A stretch of DNA of 64,000 bases, from contig OZ218964.1 in NCBI GenBank assembly GCA_965112735.1, forward strand, positions 1,488,001 through 1,552,000, in the 5' to 3' direction. The translations under genes were made by a program, and so were the position numbers. Below are positions 12,841 through 25,146 of the stretch, piece after piece (position 1 is the stretch's first letter; every line of letters begins with the position of its first letter). The notes under the pieces are model-generated. The model did not search any database and was not told the origin of the DNA. It saw only the letters and a program-made list of their open reading frames with translations. This DNA is from Phaeosaccion multiseriatum. Lineage: Eukaryota; Protista; Ochrophyta, other classes.

Positions 12841-12900
12841 TCAGAGGCTAACGGAGTCCACGTCGCTATACAACTGCGCTTCCTCATGCGGCGGTAGCGG

Positions 12901-12968
<68 letters not shown>

Positions 12969-13904
12969 GCTGTTGCTGTAACAGTTGCTGCTGCCGCTCC
13001 TGCTCTTGCAAGAGCTGGAGCTGCTTGAGTTGCTGCTGTTGAAGCTCCTGGAGCTTCGCAAGCTGTTGCTGCGCTTGCGCAAGCTGCTGCTCCTGCTCCT
13101 GCTGATGTGGCTGCTGCTGTGGCTGCTGCGGCGGCTGCTGCGGCTGCTGCTGTTGCGAGAAGCCCCCACCTTCGCCACGTGCTCCTCCTGCCCCTCCTCC
13201 TCCTCCTCCTCCTCCTCCTCCTCCTCCTCCTCCTCCTCCTCCTCCTCCTCCTCCTCCTCCTCCTTCTCCTCCTCCTCCAGATCTCGGCCAGTGTAGCGGA
13301 GGACGCCCTGTCGAATCGATACCAACACCAGCACCAGCACCAGGCGCCGCCAAACTCCCAGTACCACCAACACCGAAACCGCTCCCTCTCCGGGCCACTC
13401 TCCCCTCTTCCCCCGCCCCCATACCGCCAAGTACGCCAAGCCCGCTAAGCGAAGCACCACCGCCGCCGCTGCTGCTGCTGGACACACTGAGGTCGTTCGG
13501 TGAGGCAGTGGCAGCACCACCCCTGGGCGCTTTCCCAGGGGGCGTCTGCGGGGGGGTGGCAAAAGCCGAGCCGATTCGATCTGCGGAGGAGCCCGCCAAA
13601 GCCTCACCTGCAGGAGTAGGAGTATCAGCTGTTGGCGCCACCCCTGCCCCTAATCCTGCCCCTGCCCCTGCCCCCGACCTTAAATGAGTACCAGGAGTCG
13701 ACCCATTCACGGGCTGCTGTATCACCAAATGCTTCGGCCCCACGCTCAAGTTTGCCATAGCGCCTTCAATTCCATTCGACCGCGAGCCACCGGGCTGTGG
13801 GTGGTGTTGTAGTTGTTGCTGTTGCTGCTGCTGGTGCTGCTGCTGCTGCTGCAGTCGCGTGGGAGTCCCTCCAACTCCCATTTCTCCCAACGAGCTCTGC
13901 TGTG

Positions 13905-13942
<38 letters not shown>

Positions 13943-13988
13943 GGTTGGAATTGCTGCTGTGGTTGGAATTGCTGCTGCTGAAAGTGCG

Positions 13989-14028
<40 letters not shown>

Positions 14029-16453
14029 ATTCCACACCCCTCCTCCTCCTCCTCCTCCTCCTCCTCCCATCATCATCCCCATTCCCATCCCTCCGAGGCC
14101 ATACTGCTGCTGCTGCTGCTGCTGCTGCGGTCTCGAAGACTGCCGTGCAAGCTGCTCCAGCACACTTCCCCCCCCACCCCCCATCCCCCCCATTCCTCCT
14201 CCTCCCCCTCCTCCCCCTCCTGCGACCATAGCCTTGAGCTGAGCAAGCTGCCCCTCCTGGTCCTTGAGCTGCTTCTCCAGCTCCTTCTGCCTCTGCATCG
14301 CGACAAGGTCCTGGGAGGGGTGGTTGTCCAAGCGGTCGCCAGGCAGATGTGTCTGCTCCTGTGCAGGGCCTGCCATGTCGAGGTCCAGCAAGTCCTCCGC
14401 CAAAGCCTGTGATTGATAATCATGGAAGAAGAAAAACAATAAACACACAGCCAAGAATATGGATCAGAAAAGACAAAGGAGCATCCAGTTGGTGTGAACA
14501 CACACAAACACAAACACAAACACAAACACAAACAAACCACACCCACACACAAACATCCACCCACCTGCCTGGACCATTGCGAGTCCTCGACGCTGTTCCT
14601 GTCTCTGCGAGGGTCATCCTCTTTGTCGAAGAAGCGCTCCGGCCGCCCCTCGTACATGCCTGGGACCTGCAGGGTAGCAGTTGAGGAATAAATATACAGC
14701 GCCAGGAACCAGAACATGCGGGAATGCAGCAGGAAACAGAACGCGTGCGAGTGCGTGAGGTTGGAGTAGCGAAGATTGGAGTAGCGAACGATAGAGCAAG
14801 AAGCATCCTGAAGACGCTCGTGCGACAGCAGGAGAAGTGATACTCTCCCGAGGGGTCTTTCGGTTGGGTCCCAGCTGCTGAGTTAGAGGGTAACTCGTAC
14901 GGAATCTTCCTTTTTCTTCACGCAAAGGACCATTCCATAAGCGAGTCTCCCTCCCTCCCCCCGCCCCCTCCATCTTTCTCTCTTTCCATCTCCTTCTCTC
15001 TCTCTCTCCCTCTCTCTCCCTCTTGCTTACCTGACTGAGGTCAAATTTGGCCCCATGCGCGGAGCTTTGCACCACGCCAAACGCGTTCTCTCTCGTCGCC
15101 CCCACCTCCACCTCCTCCACAGGAGCGCTGTAGTCGTCCATCACCCCGGTGGGAAGCAGGACGTCTGGGTCCCTGCCTGCGCTCCTTGTGGCACGTATCT
15201 GAGCCGGGTTATTGAGCAGTTTGGACAGCTTGGAGGCAGCCTCTCTCACAGGCGCTCCGTAGTCCACACCCGCGCCTGAGGGGAAGGGGCAAGGAAGGGG
15301 AAGAGAAGGGGAAAAAAGGGAAGCAGAGGGTGTGGGTAGAGGTTGACCCTAGATTCCCTTGGGTCCACTTTCTCTCCTTCCCTTTGGCGTCAGGTCAAAT
15401 CAAAAGGCCCAAAGTAAAGCGCCTAAGCCTCACTTCACCTCACACCGCACACCCGAACACCCACCCCCTCCCACCCCACCCCCTCCCCATTCCCCCATTG
15501 CGTACCTAAGATGGAGCCAGTCTTGCTGTGCAGAGCGGAGTTGTAGGTGCACATGTTTTTGATTTCTCTCTCCAAGTCCCAGGCATGATCCACGCACCGC
15601 TCCGCGCCAAAGGCCACGAAGTGGTCAATGAGCCGCACCGCCTAGTGTGTGTGACATGCATAAAACAGCGGTGTGCGTGACATCAAGACGACATGCACAC
15701 AACAGTGGGCGCGGGGATGGGAGTTATTCTTTGGGGGGGGGGTTGCGTTCCCTTGAGGTTCTTGGTGTGAGGTCCGGTACTACACACTGCCACCTGTCAA
15801 GGGGCGATTGGGGATGATTGCCTTGCGAGGAGCTGCCTTGGTCCGGGTTGTCCTTTTCTTCCTTCTTGACCACTAAATAACAAAGGTCCCCAAGGTCTTG
15901 CCCTCCCCTTCTCCGACCGTAAAACGTCATGGCCTCTGCGGTACCGCCTGGTAGCGGTGGTGGCAGAGTGGGGTCGTCCCAAAGCTCAAGACCACAGACT
16001 TTAGCCCCTCCTCCCTGTTGCGTACCTTCCAAAGAGTCTTCCAAGTGTTCTCCTGTGGGTTCAAGGCCTTGCCGATGAGTGCAAACACCACAAAGCACTC
16101 TTGCTCGTTAAAGGTCAGGGCCGCGAGGCCGTGGAGTTCTTTGGAAGACGCCCACTCGCGCTCGTCATCAAAGAGGAACACGCCGATCTACGGGGGGAGA
16201 GGGAGGGGGGGAGGGAGGGAGGGAAGGCGCGGTAACCAGTAGGTCAGGATGGTGAGAACCAAGTGGGAGTCAATGCTCCTCTCCCCCTCCTAACAAATGT
16301 TCGCCAAGTCTCCCTCCCTGCGTCCCTTTAATAGACCATCACCGCCCCTGCCCGCACTGGAGACTTCCCACACACCTTCCTCTCCGTCTCAGTACCCATG
16401 AAGCGGAAGGCCAATCTATTCACGGCCGTCTGCATGCCCTCCAGCGAGGCCAT
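12841..16453 (-). CDS. ENTH-domain (epsin-like) clathrin adaptor with Q/G-rich tail. Exons ~16453-16376, 16187-16026, 15642-15506, 15276-15031, 14668-14567, 14407-12841
   Basis: N-terminal ENTH-like segments (WASSKELHGLAALTFN; TWKTLWKAVRLIDHFVAFGAERCV; GVDYGAPVREAASKLSKLLNNPAQIRATR), a clathrin-box LLDLD and a long polyQ C-terminus. Confidence 0.85.
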
Positions 16454-16698
16454 GTTGCTCGCTCGGGCCTCCTAATCCCAGGGTTGTTGGTTTGGGACTG
16501 AAGCCCCCAGTCGCATACCCAAGGCAAAAGCAGCAAGATGTTGCTCCCGGACAGCGAGGAAGATCGCGTTGTATGTCTTTCCCTCCCCGCTCCCGATCTG
16601 TTCATAGAACATAGAAGCGTTGGTTGTTGCTCAGTTTTGATACCATCTGGTGCCATCCTACCATTCCCTTACTTCTCTTTCCCCTGTTTGCATCTTGA

Positions 16699-19600
16699 AT
16701 GGCGGGCGCTGGGGAGCACATGCCGCCTCCATTGGCCAGAAGAAGGCAGAGGGAGAGAAGTACCTCCTGGGGAAGCAGCGGTGGCAATCCTACTTGGGGA
16801 GGAGGAGGGGCGCGAGGAGGAGGAGGAGCAGGTGGAGGGGGTGGCGGGAAAGACGGACTGAGCATGGGTGCTGCGAGCAGCGTGCCGACTGTGCGAAGAA
16901 TTCGATTATTTGATCTCGTTGCAAGCGGATCTTTCTCGGCGGCGCTGGAGGGAGGTCAAATGACGTCCAGAGCACACCAAGAAGAGGAGGCTCACCGCCA
17001 CCACAGCAGCAGAAGCAGGGAGGACCAAGATGAAAGAAGCCAGGTAGAGAAGGTGCTGAGCGCGTCGAAGAAGTCGACGTCGCGGCATGGGCAGCAGTAT
17101 ACCACTCGCTCCTCCTCCGCGGATCATATCCAGGACTACCTTCCCCTCTGGCTGCTCATGCTCAAGAGCGCAGATGTGGCCGCCCCCCTGGACCCTGCAA
17201 GCATCGATCGCCTGCTCGAGCTCGCAGTGCAAGATCCTACGGCGGATGGCATCGACGACTACCTCGCCGTTGCCGCGGAAGGGTGTCGCCATTTGCGCTA
17301 TAGCAGCCAGGGGCTGACCGCTTTTCAGCAGCGCCAGCAGAGGGCCCTCGTGAGGGCAAACGCGGCGATTTCGAGCGGCGCTGCTATAGCAACGGCGGCG
17401 GCTGCCGCGAGGGAGAGTGGGGGTGGGGGTGGCAGTGGGGACAGCGGTGGTGGTGGTGGTGATAGAAGCAGTAGTGGTGATAGTAGCAGCGTCAGCAATG
17501 CGCTTCTCGATTTTGAAGCCAACGGCCCTGCTCTCCGGCTTGGCATTGTCTTGGCAGAGCTCACGCAGCTCATGGCCGCAGTCTCGACTACGGAGAGGGA
17601 ACAGCCCGGGCATGGACGCGAGTACGGAGGAGTAGGGGCAGCAGGAGTAGCAGGAGGGTCATCTGACGACGGGGCCAAAGGGAAAGGCGGCGCAAACGAG
17701 TACGGGCGGCAACAGGAGTCAGGAGGGAGAGGATCAGGGAAGGGGGCGGGGAGCGTGGGGGTGGGGGCTGGGGAAGGAGGAGGACGGGCAACAGCAACAG
17801 CAGCAGCAGCAGGAAGCAATGGAGGAGGAGGAGGAGGAGGAGGAGGAGGAGGAGGAGGAGGAGGAGGAGGAGAGGCGGGAGTAGGAGGTGCGGAGGGTGA
17901 AACTTCCTCGAGCAAGGCCTTTGAGGCGGCTCTGTTCCTGTCTCGAGGCTCCGACCTGCTCAGCCGAAGGTCGGCGGAGGGAGAGCTCAGGAACCTTCTC
18001 CCCGTGTTGGTTACGTACGCACCCGCGTTGCGCATGCGAGAAGTGGCCGGGGCACTGCTCCACGTGAGATTCGCGACTACTCTCATCGCTTCCGTGGTGA
18101 AGAATGACTGCGTGTGTCTGGACAGCGTCGTAAGTGGAGTCGCTGAGGCAATGGTGGACATTTCGAGGGAGGCCGAGCGTGGACTGCTGCTGAGGAAGGA
18201 GAGGGAGGGGGATGGCAACCGACGCAACGACGGCAGCAGCAGCAGCGCTGGGGCTAGGGTTTATCGATCTGGAGGAGGCGGTGGTAGTGGTGGGGTTGGG
18301 AGTGGTCATGGTGGCAGAAGCGGGGTCGAGGGGAGCAGGAGGGGGAAGAAGAGAGGCCTAGAAGGCGAGATGGAAGGCATGTCGGGGGCGCACCAGGAGA
18401 GAAGAGAGTGGGCGACCGCCACTCGGGAAGAGTACTGCCAAGAAGAGGGCGACTACTTTGACCCGGCGGCGGGCTATGATGGCATTTTTTATCCTGGCAA
18501 AGCAGGGGCAGTAGGAGGAGGGGGAGGAGGAGGAGGAGGAGGAGGGCGGGGAGGAGGAGAAGGGGGGAAAGGGGGCGGCGAGAACGACGACGCTGCTACT
18601 GCAGCGGCGATGCGCGTGATGGAGAGAGCCGAGGAAGTCATTATACATCTCAGCAGCGTCAGCCCTCTGGCGGCGAGGAGGGTGCGGAATGGCTTGCTCT
18701 CGAGAGGGTGTCTCCCCGGGGCTTGTGTTCGCATCACCACAGACTTTGTGGGCGACGCAGACAGTCTGGTGCTCAGGATGATGCTTGTACCGTCGTGTAG
18801 TGCTGCGGGGCAGTACCAGTACCACGATGAGCAGCAGTACCAGCCTCAGCAGTTCGTGATACCGCAGCACCTGCCTTTGTACATGCATCAGCAGCAGCAG
18901 CACCAGCAGCAAGCTGCAGCCGCGGCCGCAGCAGCAGCAGTTGGTGATACAGCAGCAGAGCAGGCCAGCTCGGGGTCGGCTTCCGGCGTTCCGTCGGGCT
19001 GGGCAAAGTCCGTGTTTTGGAAGCATTTGGCCCGCGAGCCATCCGCGGCTGCTGCTCTACTCCAGAGCCTAGCGATTAAAGCCTCAGACCTGCTCGCCTT
19101 CCTCACTGCTTCTTCTTCTTCCCCTCCTCCTCCAGCTGCTACCGGCGGTGCAGGGGTTGGAGAAAGGAAAGAGCCAGGAGAGGAGGCACAAGATCAAGTT
19201 GGTGTACATGGGCAAAGAAGTGGGGCATGTGAAGGCGACTTGGCGCTCGTGTTGAGGGCCATGAGTGTGCTAATTGTGTCTCTGCGCGGCTGGTGGCCGA
19301 GTCAAACGCAGACAGAGACCGTGTTTGGCGTGGTGCGACAAGCGCTGCGAGGGATGGAGGAGGGAGCAAGGAGGAGCGAGGCACCGCCACACAGAGCAGG
19401 CGAGAAGGAAGTGGGAAGGGCAGGAGACAAGCCGAGGAATACAGGAGGGGTGATGATGATGGATGTAGACGTGGACAGAGATAAGGAGGTGCCCCAAGAG
19501 GCGACGGGAGCTGGAGGAGGAGGAGGAGGAGGAGGAGGGGGAGGAGGACGAGGAGGAGGAGGAGGAAGAGGTGGTTTGCGCGCGAGTGATCCCCTGACGA

Positions 19601-21974
19601 GGTCGCTTTTGGCACTCAGTCTCGCCTTGTCGCCCTTCTCCCCCACCGCGGCTGCGCACTGCGTGGAGCGCCTCAGTCAGTGCACAAGCTGCAGCAGTTG
19701 GTGCTACAGCAGCAGTGGAAGTGTGGAGGGGAGGGAGGTAGGACAGACGAGGCCTCACCACGCATCATCCTCATCAGAAAAGGGGGTTGGTGGTGTTGAT
19801 GGTGGTAGTGATGACCGATCTCCTGACACCAGGCAGCCGCAGCAGCAGCGGTACCACCCCGCCCTTGTGTACACGGCTCTGGCGCTCTTCAGCAGCCGCG
19901 GAAGGGGCTGCTCGGCCGCAGTGGCCTCTTCCAAGCTGCAGCGTGTGATGAGTGGGCTGCTCAACTGCTCATTTCCGTTCCGCCTCAAGCTGAGCAGTCA
20001 GGGGCTGCTACGGGCCGCGCTGCGAGAGAGGATGCGCTTTCTGGGCAGCGAGGAGGGAGTGGCCAGGGCTGTGCTAGGGCTCGACCCTGTAGCTGCCACC
20101 AGGTGCAGGAGGTGAGGCAGACTGGAAGGGAGTGGGAGGGAAGGGGAGGGGAGGGGAGGGGAGAGGAGTAAAGAAAATGGGACTCACTATATGCCCATGC
20201 ATGGCCATGGTCGTACACCCCCCTTATCATTCCCTCACCATCTCGTTCCCCGTGATAATCTGATAGCGCACACACACACATACAAACACATACACGCACA
20301 CACACCTGGATCGGGATCACGCCGCAGCTTCTCATCCTCACCTTCCCACCTTCCCGCTTTCCCACATTCCCCTCCCCTCCCCTCCCCTCCGTACGCCGCC
20401 ACAGAGGGTTTCCGAGCGCACTTGATTGCATGTACGAAGCCATTGGAGAGAGCGCGTCGCACGGCCACGTTCGGCATCAGCAGGCATATGGGCAGCAGGA
20501 GGGGCTACTGAGGAAGTACCGCCTGGATGTGAAGCAGTGGATGTGGGCGGCAGTGCAGGGCGCTCAACAGCCCGTGAGCCCGCTCCTCCTTCAGGTATCG
20601 CCCGCACCGAGTGGGTGGGGCAAGAGTGGCCCTCTTGGGCCTTGCTCTGTGTGTGTGTGTGTGTGTGTTTCGTCCCTTTCATTGGGAAGTATGACACGCG
20701 ATATGCGATATCCCCCCCCCCCCCTCCTCTTCCCACCCCAACCCTCTTTTCTCCCGTACATCAACAGTTACTTGATCGCTACGCAGAGGCCTGCGTACCT
20801 CAGTCGTGGGTGCCCCAGTTCATGCAGAGGGCGAATGATAGTAGAGGAGGAGGAGGAGGAGGAGGGAGAGGAGCACATTCCCGCCAATCTCGCAGCAGCG
20901 GCGATGTGCGCAGCGCAAGAGGGCGAAAAGAGCGGTCCATCTCCGCTGAGTCCGCTTCTGCCGCTGGTGCCACTGCTGGTACTGGTGCCACTGCTGGTGC
21001 TGGTGCTGGCGCTGGGCCAACGGCAGGAGGAGGAGGGAGAAGTGGCGGCGCCACGAGACGAGATGGAGAAGAAGAAGGAGGGAGCTCTTTGAAGAGAAAG
21101 CGCACCAACGAGACCAACGCAGCAGCAGTGGCAGGGGCACAGGAAGAACCACCGGCCGTGGGGGGAGGGGGCGTCGATGGAGATGCTCCTCTTCCTCCTC
21201 TTTCTTCTTCTTCTTCTTCTCCCTCTTGTTCGCCGCTCCTGTGCCCCTTCCTAATGACCCCTCTGTACCCCAAGGAGGTGATGCACTGTGTGGGAGCAGT
21301 GGACTGGACGAGGTCAGACTTGCAGCCCTTCGCCTCGATGGACGAAGTGACCGGACAGGTCAAGTGTGGTGGTGGGTGGTCCAGCAGTGGGAGGAGCAGC
21401 AGCAATAGCAGCAACAGTGGCAGGAGGAGGAGTGGTGCGTTTCTGGAGTCGTCACTGGCTATCTCACTCCAAGGGGGGGATGGGGGGTGGGACTGGGGCG
21501 GTGACCACGGCTCAAGCAGCAGCAGCAGCAGGAGGAGGAGGACGAGGTTGGGGAGGAGGCCAGGGAGGAGCAGAAGGAGAGGAGCTTCATCAACCACCAA
21601 CGGCGACTATGGTGATGGCGGGTGGGGTGGACTGGATCGAGCAGCAGGGGCGGTGGATGATCTTGTTTCGCCCCTGCTGGCGACGCTGTTTGCCATCCAG
21701 TATTCGAGTGTGGCAAGGTCACGATTGGCACCCTTCTGCCCGCCCTTTGAGTTTGTGCTCCAAGAGTTTCCTCTCCGCCGGCTGTTGCAAGTCAGCGCTG
21801 CCCTCGCTGCCCCATGTAATCGCTCTCTTTGGTCATCCGGAGGAGGAGGAGCGTGGAGAATGCTGCATGATACGCTACTGGCTGTTGTAGTCGACGAGAG
21901 CCCGGAGCTCCTGTGCCCCCACCGCCTGCAGAGGGAACACGACCTCGGCACATGCACTGGAGCTGGACACAAGG

Positions 21975-22011
<37 letters not shown>

Positions 22012-23271
22012 CAGCAGTCCCGACACCAGCAGCACAGTGGCGTTGACTTCCGCGACGGCATCGACGCAGGTCAGCGGTGCTGCAATCACTTCTACCGACA
22101 ACAAGGGCGTCGGTGGTGCGTCTCTGAAGCCTGAGCTGGCGCTTCGTCGCATCGGACAGGGGCTCCGCTTTGCACCCCTTACCGGAGGGGCGCAGGTGCT
22201 AATGTCCTTGCTGCACGGGCCGCTTGCGCTTCTTCTTCGCTCAGGAGAGACGGTGCTGCGAGAGCTTCTGCCCCCCGTCTGTGACAGCGTGCCCCTCCAT
22301 CCACTGCCATCCTCCTCCTCCTCCTCCTCCTCCTCCTCCTCCGTCTCCCTCCCCTCCTCCCCCCTGTCTCTCCTCGCACCCCTATCCCCTCTCATGGCCC
22401 AAGTGTGGAAGAGGCTGTACGAGCACCACCCCTGCCCGCAGCTCATCGAGACCCTCACGGTGAACCTTCTCCTCCAACCCCACCAACAAGGGCTGGTCCT
22501 CGCCCGGGGCTTAACCCACCGAGCCATCGTGCAGGAGCCACTGGTGGTGTTTCGGCTCCGTCAGCAGGCCTTCACCTGCCCTTACCTACTGGATGTGGTG
22601 TTGACGGTGCTGAGGTCAGTCATGTTGGCCGGACGGAGGGCGGTGGAGCAGGCGGTGGTGCAGCACCGCATGCAAAGTGCTCTTCTCAAGCTCAGTCGAA
22701 AGAGATCCAAGAAAGCGGCTGTCCAACGAGCCGCCGCCGCTGCTGCTGCTGCTACGGCGGCGGCGGCAGCAGCAGCAGCGACAGCAGCAGCAGTCGCGAC
22801 AGCAGGAGCAGCAGTTGGTGGTACAGCAGGCGCAGCAAAGGCATCAGCGACCGCCGGAGATAAGGCAGACAAAGCAGCGGTAGCGGCTTCGACAGGGACA
22901 AGTAGGGCTGCAAGTGGTCGAGGAGTGACCGGGAAGGCCTCTGCCACTGTTCCTGCTGCTGCATCACCAACTGCTGCAGCGGAGGCCGCGGCTGTGGCTG
23001 CTGGAGAGGCGATGGAGGACGAAATACTGCACGCGGCGATGATCAACGGCTCAGCTGGACTCCAAGTGGATGCGGGGGAGGAGGGAGACGAGGAGGAAGG
23101 AGGGGGGGGGGGAGGAGGAGGACCGTCGGCTGCCGAAGATGCTGGAATCCAAAGCGGCGGAGTTGGTGACGGCCTCGGCGTAAGAGAGTTGTCCTTTGAT
23201 GCGGAGATGATGAGCCTCACTCAGGAGGTGGTGATAGTGAGGACGCTGTTGGGCCTCTGCTTTTTGCCGCA

Positions 23272-23324
<53 letters not shown>

Positions 23325-24645
23325 GGCAAGGAGGAGGGCAGCAGCATGGAGAAGGACTGAGATCGTCGTCGCCAGCAGCAAAGAGTACGCGTACGTTTGC
23401 TGACGAGCTGCGCATGGGAAGGCAGGGGCAGCCCCACTTGGAGCACACACAGCAGCAGCAGTTGGTGATACAGCAGCTTCACTCCACCAGGCAGTCCGAG
23501 CAGCTGAGGAGGATTTGCTCCTTTTTGCAGGTAAAGGGAGGTTAACGGAGGTAACGGGAGGTGGGGGGGGGGAGGGGGGAATGTGCTGCCGGCTGTGACT
23601 CTTGGGCTCGCCCCGCAAACCCCTCTGACCCAAGCACCTACCGCCTCCCCCCTCCCTCCCTCCCTCCCTCCCTCCCTCCCTCCCTCCCTCCCTCCCTCCC
23701 TCCCTCATCCCTTCCTCTGTATCACCAACTCCCTCCCTCCCTCCCTCCCTCCCTCCTTCCCTCCCTCCCTCCCTCCCTCCCTCCTCTCCATCCTGTGGTA
23801 AACCTATACATACACATCAGGTGATGCTTTCCGAGCGCCCCATCCTGCTGCACCTTCTCTTCCGCCAGACCATTCCGTTACCGGCAGCCCAGCTCATCTT
23901 CCGTTACATCCCCGCCGCAAGGCACGCCGATGCCTTCCTTCTTGACCTCCTGGCACGACCTTCGAGGGAAGACAAGGCTTTCGGGGCCAAGGTTGTGGCG
24001 CTTTATCTGTCCACGTACAGTAATGTGTTTCTCAGTCGTGTGAACAGCAGCACTAACAACAACAGCAGCAACAACAGCAGCAGCAGTAGTAGTAGTAGCA
24101 GCAACAACATCAAGGCGAATAGCAGTAATAGTAGCACTAGCAGCAGTAGTTGCTACAGCAGACGGGGAAGAAGAGCAGGGCCAGCAGCAGGGGCGTCGTC
24201 CGGGAGCAGTAGGAGTGCTATGGCTGCCGTATCACCAACTCCTTCATGGCCGCGCCTCAGCTGCCCCCGGAGCAGGCGGTCCCTCTCCGAGCTCGAGCTT
24301 CTCCTCCAAGCGGCGAAGGAGTCTCTCGCGCTGGTGAGAAACCTCTATGAAGACGCCACTGTCAATGGGGCGAGCAGCCTGGTTACGAGCCGTGCGCTGT
24401 CCCTCCTGGTGGGGTGTGTGGGCATCCTTGTGCCCATCTGTGAGGCGCTGCCCTCTCTGACTGCGGGGGCGGTGCGTTTGGTGGAGCGCATGCGAGCTTC
24501 GAGGGAGTTGCTCGGTGTGGCCAAGGCTGTGAGGAGCAAGAACAGGCTGCAGCGAGAACTGGCAAGGGTGCACACTGCTCTCACTACCACCTCCACCACC
24601 ACCTCCACCACCACGAACGGTGTTGCTGCCGTGCCCGCGTGGTAG
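16699..24645 (+). CDS. INTS2: Integrator complex subunit 2 homologue (~2400 aa). Exons ~16699-20111, 20405-20594, 20769-23530, 23821-24645
   Basis: Colinear blocks resembling INTS2: EVAGALLHVRFATTLIASVVKN; DVKQWM...PVSPLLLQLLDRYAEA; THRAIVQEPLVVFRLRQQAFTCPYLLDVVL; RICSFLQVMLSERPILLHLLFRQTIP. Splice sites are phase-compatible. Confidence 0.78.
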
Positions 24646-25146
24646 TGGAGTAAAGTGGGAGGAGGGCACCTCTCTCTCTCTATCGCTCTCTTGCCCGCCC
24701 TCTCTCTCTCCTCTCTCCTCTATCTCTCCGAAGGGGTATCTCTTTCTCAGAGAATCTCGCTAGCAGCAGCAGCAGCAGCAGCAGCAGCGAGCGTACTCGA
24801 TAAAAGGAGGGAAACCGTTTGGTTGGTGAGACGCCCTCCCAACCCAAGTAGGCAAAGGCTGCAGAGCACTTCTACTGCGAGCAAAGTCGGATAGTTATAT
24901 TAAAAGTGTCAGATATCTTTATGAACTCAAAATACGATCTCTAACTTACGATAGTACGAAGTACGACTGAGGAAGAGGGACCAAATACACACAAGTATAT
25001 CAGAAAGACCGCGCCCCCGAGGAGTCATCGCTCTTGTCCCCATCAACCTACCAACCAACCAACCAACCAACCGCCTTGCCTCCTCTCCAGGAGGCACACA
25101 CATAACATATAATACACCATTACCCTCTCTGCCCTCACCCCCACCC

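Noticed and set aside
4272-16453. Adjacent trafficking genes (epsin and RUN-RhoGAP fusion) as a functional cluster
   Set aside because: Two neighbours in a eukaryotic genome with no evidence of co-regulation; likely coincidence
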